39,794 nt of DNA from the IMG/VR virus record IMGVR_UViG_3300045557_000063, positions 1 to 39,794 of that record. One strand, given 5' to 3'. This document shows positions 1-8,067 of this stretch, one piece after another. Under the pieces are notes generated by a model. It made no database searches, was not told the DNA's origin, and saw nothing but the letters and a program-made list of their open reading frames with translations. Numbering within the stretch: the stretch's first letter is position 1; the number at the start of each line of letters is the position of its first letter. The position numbers and the translations under genes were made by a program. The DNA is from a virus. Lineage: Duplodnaviria; Caudoviricetes.

Positions 1-243
1 ATGAAATCAACAGGAATTGTAAGGCAAGTAGATGCTTTAGGGAGAATAGTATTGCCTAAGGAGCTAAGAAAATTATTGAAGATAGAAACAAAGGATCCGA
101 TTGCTATATATGTTGAGGAAGACACCATCATCCTTAAGAAGTATGAGCCCGCATGCTTATTTTGCGGGCAAGCCAGAGGAATATCACAGTTTAAAGGCAA
201 AAATATCTGCTGCAGGTGCATTGAGGATCTTCAATCTCAATAA
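1..243 (+). CDS. AbrB/SpoVT-family transition-state regulator
   Basis: MKSTGIVRQVDALGRIVLPKELR...IILKKYEPACLFCG is the AbrB signature with the clostridial C-terminal Cys cluster. Confidence 0.92.
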   Translation: MKSTGIVRQVDALGRIVLPKELRKLLKIETKDPIAIYVEEDTIILKKYEPACLFCGQARGISQFKGKNICCRCIEDLQSQ

Positions 244-268
244 TATCTATCTTGGAAAAACTGTGCCA

Positions 269-313
269 TTGAAATTCCATCAGATAATGCGATATAATAC
301 AAACAAATGTTCG
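269..313 (+). promoter_or_regulatory. SigA-type promoter with adjacent LexA-like (SOS) box
   Basis: TTGAAA (269-274), 18 nt, TATAAT (293-298); CAAACAAATGTTCG (300-313) is one mismatch from the Firmicute box CGAAC-N4-GTTCG. Confidence 0.65.
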
Positions 314-332
314 TATAAAAGAAGGTGATGGT

Positions 333-590
333 ATGGTAATTAACAGAAGCATAGAAATGATAGCACATAACAAACCTGATGGCAGCATAAGACCGCTCAG
401 GTTTCGCATGATGGAGGAAGATGAGCTACAGGTTATCAAGGTAAACAAGGTCTTCACAAGCCGTGTGGAGAAGATTGACGGCAAGCTAACTTATGTGTTC
501 AACTGCATGGTTTCTCCGCGTGGTTTGAATCATATGTGCGAGATCAGGTATGATCTAGCGACTACTAAATGGATTTTGCATAAGATGTAA
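333..590 (+). CDS. Small hypothetical protein, probably SOS-regulated
   Basis: 85-aa ORF with SD AAGGTG, promoter and LexA-like box upstream; recalls small proteins found beside clostridial Y-family polymerases (from memory, not searched). Confidence 0.7.
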   Translation: MVINRSIEMIAHNKPDGSIRPLRFRMMEEDELQVIKVNKVFTSRVEKIDGKLTYVFNCMVSPRGLNHMCEIRYDLATTKWILHKM

Positions 591-851
591 AATTGAATTC
601 AATTTGAAGTCACAAGAAGAGTAGTGATTAGCCATTCTAAAAATCACGAAAATTGAGAAATTCAATTTATTATTGAAAGTTCATTATTAAATGAGATATA
701 ACGCAAACGGATATTCATGTAAATACAGTATTGGAAAAAGGATATTTACAATTCTCATGATTTCTTTCAAGAACTATTCTCGTTGATGCGTTAGTATTGA
801 TGTCGAGGGTGGAGCATTTGTTAGATTTTATTGAAAAAAATCTGTTTAAAG

Positions 852-872
852 AGAACATATGTATGGTAAAAT
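852..872 (+). promoter_or_regulatory. Extended -10 promoter with a degenerate LexA-like box, upstream of the R-M gene
   Basis: TGgTAAAAT (864-872) overlapped by AGAACATATGTATG (852-865), which has a good left half and a degenerate right half. Confidence 0.4.
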
Positions 873-905
873 AAATGTATCTAACTTGAAAAGGAGCAAA
901 AAATA

Positions 906-1955
906 ATGGTGGATGTAAAATATGAAGATTTAAATGAGGTCCAACTTCCCCTTGATCAAGAGGGTAAAATCATAGATTTCTTGGAGGATGGTAAAAGCAG
1001 ACCGAATACTCCAGAGGAAAGAAACAGACAAATATATGCTAATATTCTAGTAAATGATTACAAGTATGATAGAGATACTTTAGCATTTGAAGTGCCAATA
1101 CAGTTCGGACGAGATGATAAAAAAAGAGCTGATATTGTGGTTTTTCGTTCAAAGCAAGCTTGCCAACAAAGAGATTTAACTAATGTTAAATTAATTGTAG
1201 AAGTTAAAGCGCCTGATATTATTTCAGGTGAAAAACAGCTACAATCTTATTTGTTTGCAACATCTTCTGAAGGCGGGGTTTGGTATAATGGCCAAGTTCG
1301 ATATTATAAAAAGAATGCAGAATCTACTTCTTTAACGCTTTTCCCAGGCATACCCAAGAAAAGCCAATCCTGGGACTCGATTGGGCTATATAAAAAATCG
1401 GATTTAATAAAACCTGTAAATCTAAAGTCTGTATTCAAGAAATGCCATAACTCTATATATAAAACTGGTATTAATTCAGAAGATGTAGCTATGGATATGG
1501 TTCGCATTTTATTATCAAAGTATACCGATGAAACAAATCTAGGAGATGATTGCGAGTTTAGATGTACCCCAGAAGAATTAAAAACTGCGGAGGGAATTAA
1601 AAATGTCGCAACTAGAGTTAGAGACTTATTTGAACAAGTAAAAAACGAGAATCCTGATGTTTTTAGCCAAAGTGAAGAAATAACATGTGGTGATGCTGAA
1701 ATTGCTACGGTTGTAACACAATTACAACAATATTCATTCTTAGAAGCCCCATATGATGTAATAGGAACTGCTTATGAAACTTACGTTTCAAGTCATTTAA
1801 AGGGGGAAAGGGGACAGTTTTTTACAAATAGATTAGTCATAGATCTAATGATTAGCATGATTGATCCAAATGAAACAGATAAAATATTAGAAATAATCAT
1901 GCAGAGATTGATACAATTTAATGATTGCCGTTGGTCGCTGCCGCTTGCGGGGTAA
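906..1955 (+). pseudogene. 5' part of a restriction endonuclease (HsdR_N-like)/N6-adenine methyltransferase fusion, interrupted at motif I
   Basis: PEERNRQ...FEVPIQFG...RADIVVF...IVEVK is a PD-(D/E)xK nuclease; DVIGTAYE...KGERGQFFTNR...MIDPNETDKIL is HsdM-type. The expected DPACG motif I is replaced by unrelated EIIMQRL... and a stop; no NPPF/Y motif follows. Confidence 0.85.
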
Positions 1956-1983
1956 GTTGGATTATGTAGGGTAAGTTATAAAT

Positions 1984-2008
1984 GTCGGGTTCTGCCCGGC
2001 TGTTTTTA
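1984..2008 (+). terminator. Putative intrinsic terminator just inside the prophage end
   Basis: GTCGGG-ttctg-CCCGGC stem followed by TGTTTTTA. Confidence 0.45.
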
Positions 2009-2022
2009 TAAGCGGAGGTACT

Positions 2023-2214
2023 ATGAAAACCTATTTGATAAAAGAGCAGATTGCCGACTATGAAAAGCTCTGTCACGAGCGGAATACCGACCGGTACCTC
2101 ACTCCTGACGGAATCAGCTTCATCTGTGAATCCTACAACTATGACGCGGAGAAAATTGGTAAGCACTTTCAGGAACTGCTGCCGAAGATATGCCCGGAGA
2201 ACAATTATGATTGA
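2023..2214 (+). CDS. Hypothetical cargo protein (63 aa)
   Basis: Strong SD GGAGG; stop overlaps the next start (ATGATTGA). Confidence 0.75.
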   Translation: MKTYLIKEQIADYEKLCHERNTDRYLTPDGISFICESYNYDAEKIGKHFQELLPKICPENNYD

Positions 2215-3250
2215 CGGCGTGACGATTGACATTCTGCGTCATACGATGAAAATATTGATCAGCGAGATGTACTCAAAAACTACTGACCTTGACACGGACC
2301 ATTACTCCTTGGACGACCTTGTTAATCAGGTAATATTTGAGCTAATTAAGGAAGAATACAAGAAGTATGCCCCGCGTCATACTATACAGCAGTATCTTTC
2401 TATTTATGATGTTGACGCAGATAATCGTAAATACACCCGTTCTATACAGTACGGTCAGCATTATCGAGACATTGATAACGCGCAAATAGAAGAGCAGTAT
2501 CAATTTCGTATATCAGAATTAGAGCCTCAGGACATGGGCGGTCAGAATGTGTTTACTGGTCATCAATATACGGAACAAGAATTTCTGGGATACAAAATGC
2601 AAGCAGAATGCCGACTTCTGAATAAACTACATGGTCATCAGATAGATAATTCTAAAAATGTGTCTGAATCTGATTTTCAAACCCTGTTCGATGAGTATTC
2701 AAAGTGTATTGATGCTCTTGAACCTGCGGTAAATGAGATTGAGCATATAGTTGGCAAGACATATGCTTATTACGGTATAGAAACTCACTTTCTGACAGAA
2801 TTCCTGTATCGACTTACTATCGCTGCCGAGCGGCAAAGGTTTCCCAATATCATTCCCGTTGATAGAATACTGTCTGTTTGCAGTATTACTGAAATTATTC
2901 CCGCAAACAGCTGGTGTCCAGTAGTGTATTTCGCAGACAATTGTATGCTGTTAAGGTGGAACTCATTCTGTGATGACATTTTTTCTGATACCGACGAACA
3001 GTGGCTTCAAAAAGAGTCCTACCTGATAGATTGTAAGCGGATAAAGAACATCATTTTGCAGAGAAGCTTAGATAAATGGGTAGAATTTGTTCATCGATGC
3101 CATCTTCAAGAGAAGTCTGATTTTGTGATAGAGCATTATTGGATATGGGACAATAGGCCAGAATTCGAGTGGACGCCGGAGCGAATTCGGTATTATCGTA
3201 AGTTACACAAGGCTGTGTGTAGGGATTTTCCAAAACCCCACGTCAAATAA
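2207..3250 (+). CDS. Hypothetical cargo protein (347 aa)
   Basis: Long ORF; ATG at 2207 with SD GGAGA, coupled to the upstream stop, is preferred over the track start at 2051; no recognisable motif. Confidence 0.8.
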   Translation: MIDGVTIDILRHTMKILISEMYSKTTDLDTDHYSLDDLVNQVIFELIKEEYKKYAPRHTIQQYLSIYDVDADNRKYTRSIQYGQHYRDIDNAQIEEQYQFRISELEPQDMGGQNVFTGHQYTEQEFLGYKMQAECRLLNKLHGHQIDNSKNVSESDFQTLFDEYSKCIDALEPAVNEIEHIVGKTYAYYGIETHFLTEFLYRLTIAAERQRFPNIIPVDRILSVCSITEIIPANSWCPVVYFADNCMLLRWNSFCDDIFSDTDEQWLQKESYLIDCKRIKNIILQRSLDKWVEFVHRCHLQEKSDFVIEHYWIWDNRPEFEWTPERIRYYRKLHKAVCRDFPKPHVK

Positions 3251-3289
3251 ACACATCCCGTTTTTTGATAATGGAGAGAAAAATCTTTC

Positions 3290-3298
3290 TGATATAAT
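3290..3298 (+). promoter_or_regulatory. Extended -10 promoter element
   Basis: TGATATAAT about 60 nt upstream of the ATG at 3359. Confidence 0.5.
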
Positions 3299-3358
3299 TT
3301 GCAGTATAAGGAAAAACCGGTTCCTTCCTACAATCATTTATTATCGGAGGATTATATT

Positions 3359-3580
3359 ATGAACACACAGCAATCAGTACCCATCAGAAAAGAGTGGGCG
3401 CTCTCACTCCTTGATATCTTGCGATTCTTTTTACAACATTCTGTCATTGAGTATGATGGGACCAATCGAATGGCAAAGGTCAATTATAACGGCCCAAGCG
3501 GTTGGAAGTTTTCGTTGAACACCTCATTCCAGCCAATAATTGATGCCCACCTTATTGATGATGAAAGCGAGGAGGAATAA
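3359..3580 (+). CDS. Hypothetical cargo protein (73 aa, acidic C-terminus)
   Basis: SD GGAGG at 3346-3350 before ATG 3359; ends DDESEEE. Confidence 0.7.
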   Translation: MNTQQSVPIRKEWALSLLDILRFFLQHSVIEYDGTNRMAKVNYNGPSGWKFSLNTSFQPIIDAHLIDDESEEE

Positions 3581-3582
3581 GC

Positions 3583-3906
3583 ATGGGAAGAACGAATGAA
3601 GAAAAGAGCTTGCTGGCAAAACTTGCCAGCGGTGTGTTGGATGGGTTTGTCGGTGACGATCTTACTACTTCCGGAGGCTCGACTGTCTGGAAAGCAATCA
3701 AAAACGGGATTCCCGCAAATTACAAGCAAGGCCCCGGTGGAAAGTTTTTCAACGGAAAGGAGAACGAAAGGTATGTAGGCGTTTTGCATACGCTGGAGGA
3801 ATGGATAACAGACGATGAAAAATTGGAATTCCTCCAGAAATTCGGATGGCTTATGCATGACGATGACGTAAGAGCCTATAGTGCCAAGTTCAAACCCAAG
3901 AAATAA
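3583..3906 (+). CDS. Hypothetical cargo protein (107 aa)
   Basis: SD GGAGG, starts 2 nt after the previous stop, followed by a terminator. Confidence 0.78.
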   Translation: MGRTNEEKSLLAKLASGVLDGFVGDDLTTSGGSTVWKAIKNGIPANYKQGPGGKFFNGKENERYVGVLHTLEEWITDDEKLEFLQKFGWLMHDDDVRAYSAKFKPKK

Positions 3907-3919
3907 ACAAAAATAACTA

Positions 3920-3965
3920 AAGACGCCTCCCAACCGTAATGGTTGAGAGGTGCCGTTGTTTTTGT
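3920..3965. terminator. Probable bidirectional terminator between convergent genes
   Basis: GCCTCCCAACC-gtaat-GGTTGAGAGGT stem, A-rich on the left and T-rich on the right. Confidence 0.6.
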
Positions 3966-3969
3966 GGCC

Positions 3970-5544
3970 TTATGCCCTTATCTCAGTCCCGTCTTTGAAG
4001 GTCACCCGGACATCATCCTTACTGTAGACCGTCATGAAATCTGCGAGGCTATACCAGAGTGCGTGTTGAAATTCGGTCACGCCATCCAGTCGCTTAAGCT
4101 CACCGAGAAAGACCTCGATTGTCGCCTGCCGTGCCTGCTTGTCGCCTATTTCCCCAGTGACCGCTTCCAGCCGAGTTTTAGCTTTATCGAAGCGATCGGT
4201 CAAACCGTTGTAACGCTTCTGATAGTCAGCTTGGTCGAGGGCGATGTGGGCATTCTCATTAATGCACTGATGCATGAGCTCGGAGACCACCATAAGTTCG
4301 TCCTGTAGATTGTCTTGCTCTACAATCAGATCGCCCAGGTCAAAGGCCAGATCCTTGGCATCCTCAAATGCTGCGATGATTTCGTCTTTATCGGCTAGCA
4401 ACTTGCGCAGAGCCGATAGGTAAAAGTCCTGTATTTCATCATTCGTCAGATTCGGCGTTGTACAAATCTCGTCATTTTTGAATTTGTGATTGCAGCGCCA
4501 GATGGTGCGGCGGTATTTGTCGGTGGAATGCCAGACCTTTGAGCCGTACCAGTTTCCGCATAGACCGCATTTTATTCGGCCAGAAAACAAATGAACGCCG
4601 CTGTGTCGGCCACGGCTTTGGCCACGGCGTGCCAGTTCACGCTGGACCATATCGAACACATCAGGGGTGATAATTGCCGGGTGGTTATTCTTCACATAAT
4701 ATTGTGGGATCTCACCCTCGTTGACCTTTTTCTTCTTGGTGAGGAAATCAACTGTGTAGCTTTTCTGTAGTAGCGCATCGCCTCGATACTTCTCATTTGT
4801 AAGAATGCTGCGAACCGATCCAGCGTTCCAGCGTTCTTTACCGCCTGGTGAAAGCACACCATCAGCGGTCATTGTGGAAGCGATACCGAAGGGTGTCATG
4901 CCCTGAAGAAATAAGCTGTATATGCGCTTAACCGTAGCGGCCTGCTCCGGATTGACAACTAAATTGCCGTCCTCGCCGCGGTCATAGCCGAGAAACCGGT
5001 TGAACGGCACGGTGACCTTACCATCTGCGAAGCGCTTTCTCTGGCCCCAGGTGACGTTTTCTGAAATGCTACGGCTTTCTTCTTGCGCCAGTGAAGACAT
5101 GATGGTTATCAGCAGTTCGCCCTTACTGTCCAGGGTCCAGATGTTTTCCTTTTCAAAATAAATCTCGATCCCTTTTTCTTTTAGCTGACGGACAGTTGTA
5201 AGGCTGTCCACCGTGTTTCTTGCAAAGCGGCTGACGGACTTTGTGACGATCAGGTCAATCCGTCCGGCAAGAGCATCAGCTAGCATGCGCTTGAAACCCT
5301 CGCGGTGTTTGGTGTTGGTACCTGTGATGCCTTCGTCGGTATACACCTCGACAAACTCCCAATCATCACGACTCTTGATGTAGTTGGTGTAATAATCGAC
5401 TTGCGCCTCGTAGCTGGTAAACTGCTCATCACTGTCTGTTGAGACGCGAGCATAACCAGCCGTGCGGCGCTTTTTATTTTCGTTAATTGGCGAAGACGTG
5501 AACCGGCTGATTGTCGCCGGTATAGTCGTTACGGTTTTGGCCAT
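3970..5544 (-). CDS. Large serine recombinase (integrase)
   Basis: GYARVST catalytic motif, TKSVSRFARN, recombinase domain (NEKYRGD), zinc ribbon CGLCG...WRC, coiled coil. Confidence 0.96.
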   Translation of the reverse strand: MAKTVTTIPATISRFTSSPINENKKRRTAGYARVSTDSDEQFTSYEAQVDYYTNYIKSRDDWEFVEVYTDEGITGTNTKHREGFKRMLADALAGRIDLIVTKSVSRFARNTVDSLTTVRQLKEKGIEIYFEKENIWTLDSKGELLITIMSSLAQEESRSISENVTWGQRKRFADGKVTVPFNRFLGYDRGEDGNLVVNPEQAATVKRIYSLFLQGMTPFGIASTMTADGVLSPGGKERWNAGSVRSILTNEKYRGDALLQKSYTVDFLTKKKKVNEGEIPQYYVKNNHPAIITPDVFDMVQRELARRGQSRGRHSGVHLFSGRIKCGLCGNWYGSKVWHSTDKYRRTIWRCNHKFKNDEICTTPNLTNDEIQDFYLSALRKLLADKDEIIAAFEDAKDLAFDLGDLIVEQDNLQDELMVVSELMHQCINENAHIALDQADYQKRYNGLTDRFDKAKTRLEAVTGEIGDKQARQATIEVFLGELKRLDGVTEFQHALWYSLADFMTVYSKDDVRVTFKDGTEIRA

Positions 5545-7301
5545 TTCTTTTCACTCCTTAGTTCTCTCATCCTTTCACTAGCTGCCGCTCGGCGCTCATC
5601 GGTCCAGCTGGCTCTAATTGCTTGGGTTTGCTTTTTACGGCGTTCTTCAGTCCATTTTGTACCTTTTCGTTTTTCCTTGAAGCTCTTTGTGACCTCATGC
5701 CCGTCGCGATAGTGGAAGGTTACGGTGTTACCAAGCACTGCAGCGTATTCGAGCTGGTTGTCCATGACTGTCTCGTCAAAGGAGTCGAGCGCAAGTACAT
5801 CTGTGACAAGAGCTTTCATGGTTTCATCCCTAATGGAGACCTTATCGCAAACACCTGCTGGTCCTGTACAATGCCACGTGCGCACTCGGCTACCATCCTT
5901 CATCACTTTGGACTGGCAGCGATAATTCGAGCTACATTGCCCGCAACGTATGAAACCGGTGAACTCGTTATAGGTGGACTTGTTGGGATTGGTTTCTTTG
6001 CGTTTGTGTAGCTCTCCCCAGAGGCGCCTTCGTTCCGGTGTCCAACAATCGGTTCTAGCGGTGGATTCCCATGTTGTGGTGACCATACGACCATCGTAAA
6101 AGCGAAACTGTAGCGTGTCAGCGCTAACCATATAGATTTCCTCGACCTGCTCGCTGAAGGCAACATCATCGAACTCAGTAAGCCCCATAGACTCGGCGGC
6201 AACTTTCTGGAGCATCTTTTCCGGGATGTTTTTAGATCCACATGTGCTGGCACCTTTCTGGCTTTTCGTCAGGCAGGTCCAGATGTAGTAAACCTCACCG
6301 GCGGTATTTCGTTTTCCGCTCCGGCGGTAATGCTTGCCGCAAATGCCGCAGGTGATTTTTGTAGAAAAGGCTGTCAGGTTCAAGGACTTATTGCCGAGTG
6401 GCCCTAAGTCGCGTCTGCGCTTGAACTCAGTTTGTACCTTCTGAAACTCATCCATCGGAATGATGGCTTCATGGGTATCTTCAACATAGAACTGTGGCAG
6501 TTCGCCTCGATTCTTTTTGCGGTGCTTGGTGATTGGGTCCTCAACATATTCCTTCTGAAAGAGCATGTTCCCGGTGTAGGTGATGTTCGTCAGCACTACC
6601 TTGACATTGGAATCCACCCATTCTTTGCCTTGGCGAGTGTACAGGCCTTTCTCGTTAAGTATCCGACCGATCTCAATCCTCGATGCGCCCTTCATGTATT
6701 CCCGGTACATGAAGCGGACGACTTCAGCCTCTTCAGGAATTATGGTGAGCTTATCATCAATCCATTCATAACCGAACACCCGCATCTGGCCATTTGGGAT
6801 ACCCTTCTGGAAGCGTTTGATCGTACCCCATTTGACATTATCTGAAATACTTCGGCTTTCTTCCTGCGCGAATGAAGCGAGTAGTGTTAACATCAACTCG
6901 CCATCCTCCGAAAGGGAATCTATCTGCTCCTTTTCGAAGCGGACCGAGATTCCAAGGTCCTTAAGGTGGCGGACGGTGTTCAGAAGGTCAACTGTATTTC
7001 TGGCAAAGCGAGAAATTGACTTCGTGATGATTATGTCAATTTTTCCGGCTTCGCAATCCTCAACCATGCGCCTAAATTCATCGCGCTTGCTGGTGCCGGT
7101 ACCACTGATGCCGTCATCTGCATAAACGCCTACGTATTGCCAGTCCGAGTGCTTCTGTATCAGCTCGCTGTAGTGGCTTATCTGAGCTGATAAAGAATGG
7201 TTCAATCGCTCGGTTTCCATTGATACTCTGGCGTAGGCAGCTACTTTCTTACGAACCGGCATTAGAGGTATTGCTGGCTCAATTTTGACTATTGTTTTCA
7301 A
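5529..7301 (-). CDS. Large serine recombinase with a duplicated zinc-ribbon region
   Basis: AAYARVS, TKSISRFARN, two CxxC ribbons (CGICG, CGQCS); TTG start with SD AAGGAG. Confidence 0.95.
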   Translation of the reverse strand: MKTIVKIEPAIPLMPVRKKVAAYARVSMETERLNHSLSAQISHYSELIQKHSDWQYVGVYADDGISGTGTSKRDEFRRMVEDCEAGKIDIIITKSISRFARNTVDLLNTVRHLKDLGISVRFEKEQIDSLSEDGELMLTLLASFAQEESRSISDNVKWGTIKRFQKGIPNGQMRVFGYEWIDDKLTIIPEEAEVVRFMYREYMKGASRIEIGRILNEKGLYTRQGKEWVDSNVKVVLTNITYTGNMLFQKEYVEDPITKHRKKNRGELPQFYVEDTHEAIIPMDEFQKVQTEFKRRRDLGPLGNKSLNLTAFSTKITCGICGKHYRRSGKRNTAGEVYYIWTCLTKSQKGASTCGSKNIPEKMLQKVAAESMGLTEFDDVAFSEQVEEIYMVSADTLQFRFYDGRMVTTTWESTARTDCWTPERRRLWGELHKRKETNPNKSTYNEFTGFIRCGQCSSNYRCQSKVMKDGSRVRTWHCTGPAGVCDKVSIRDETMKALVTDVLALDSFDETVMDNQLEYAAVLGNTVTFHYRDGHEVTKSFKEKRKGTKWTEERRKKQTQAIRASWTDERRAAASERMRELRSEKKWPKP

Positions 7302-7322
7302 GTGAAATCACTCCTTTCCAAC

Positions 7323-7356
7323 CATATACATCACTCAGAAAAGCAGTTAAGTCAAC
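7323..7356 (-). promoter_or_regulatory. Motif B copy 1 (TTG-N16-GAGTGATRTAT), upstream of the recombinases
   Basis: Minus strand GTTGACTTAAC-N7-CTGAGTGATGTATATG; same spacing as the copies at 24141 and 25657. Confidence 0.6.
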
Positions 7357-7522
7357 GAGTTTCGGACAGTAATGTACCCAAATCTGGCTGGAATTTTTCG
7401 AGTAGATTTGTATCAATTACGACGTATTCTTCCTGCGTCAGAAGCCCTTTTTCAAGAAGTACTTTAGCCATCGAAATTGCCACCTGATAGCGCTTTTCAG
7501 CTTGAAACTGTATCTCAGTCAT
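7352..7522 (-). CDS. SHOCT-like small protein (56 aa, not in the ORF track)
   Basis: Hand translation MTEIQFQAEKRYQVAISMAKVLLEKGLLTQEEYVVIDTNLLEKFQPDLGTLLSETR; LLEKGLLTQEEY is SHOCT-like; start overlaps the upstream stop. Confidence 0.8.
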   Translation of the reverse strand: MTEIQFQAEKRYQVAISMAKVLLEKGLLTQEEYVVIDTNLLEKFQPDLGTLLSETR

Positions 7523-7937
7523 GTGACTCACCGCCTCTAAAGCGAGCAGCTATATAGCAGCTGTGGCAGCAATATTTGCGGCTGGAATTACCGTAGGCTG
7601 TGAATTGATTCCCGCAGTAGGCACAAGTGAAGGGGTATATCGCTTTTCGTTTGATCTGGTCCGGGTGTGTGTTCCACCACTGTTGACGGCAGTCTGAGGA
7701 GCAAAACTTCAGCTTTTTTCTGCCTGGAATCTGATCCAGCGGCTTGCCACAGCATTGGCAGAAGCTCTGGTCCGGTGAGATTCGAGCATTGCTTTGTGCT
7801 TTGACACCAGCAAGATCGTGAGCGCGGCAGTATGCCTTTACATTATCCTTTGTGAGACCGACCGCCTTGGCAATTGTTGTATAGCCATAACCGTCTTGAC
7901 GCATGACGGTTATTCTCTCTTTTTGTTCATTTGTCAT
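7515..7937 (-). CDS. HTH plus two zinc-finger protein
   Basis: GYGYTTIAKAVGLTKDNVKAYCR is an HTH; CQCCGK...FCSSDC and CAYCG...YCCHSC; SD GGAGG before ATG 7937. Confidence 0.85.
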   Translation of the reverse strand: MTNEQKERITVMRQDGYGYTTIAKAVGLTKDNVKAYCRAHDLAGVKAQSNARISPDQSFCQCCGKPLDQIPGRKKLKFCSSDCRQQWWNTHPDQIKRKAIYPFTCAYCGNQFTAYGNSSRKYCCHSCYIAARFRGGESHD

Positions 7938-7975
7938 CGCTTGTCCTCCAATCTGAGAACTTCCGTCCTCACTAT

Positions 7976-8008
7976 CCAATGGAGGTGAACAAGCTGATTG
8001 AACGAAAA
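7976..8008 (-). promoter_or_regulatory. Motif A copy 1 (candidate phage-sigma promoter)
   Basis: Plus strand CCAATGGAGGT-N11-TTGAACGAAAA; identical boxes at 34732 and 39173. Confidence 0.75.
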
Positions 8009-8014
8009 AGCGGC

Positions 8015-8059
8015 AAAAAAATAATGCCTACCGAAAGACGATTCTCTCGATAGGCATTA
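8015..8059 (-). terminator. Intrinsic terminator after the endolysin
   Basis: TAATGCCTA...TAGGCATTA stem with a T7 run on the minus strand. Confidence 0.75.
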
Positions 8060-8067
8060 CGCTGTAG

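Noticed and set aside
590-850. AT-rich intergenic region as possible ncRNA or array
   Set aside because: No convincing repeats, tRNA fold or stable structure visible
1142-1152. TTTTCGTTCAA half of motif A inside the R-M gene
   Set aside because: The second box is absent 11 nt downstream and the site lies in coding sequence; likely chance
1940-1968. Alternative-frame AACG resembling methyltransferase PACG, suggesting a simple frameshift
   Set aside because: That frame stops within a few codons and no methyltransferase sequence follows
2051-2206. Longer N-terminus of the 399-aa track ORF
   Set aside because: Overlaps the 63-aa gene, lacks an SD; ATG 2207 has an SD and translational coupling
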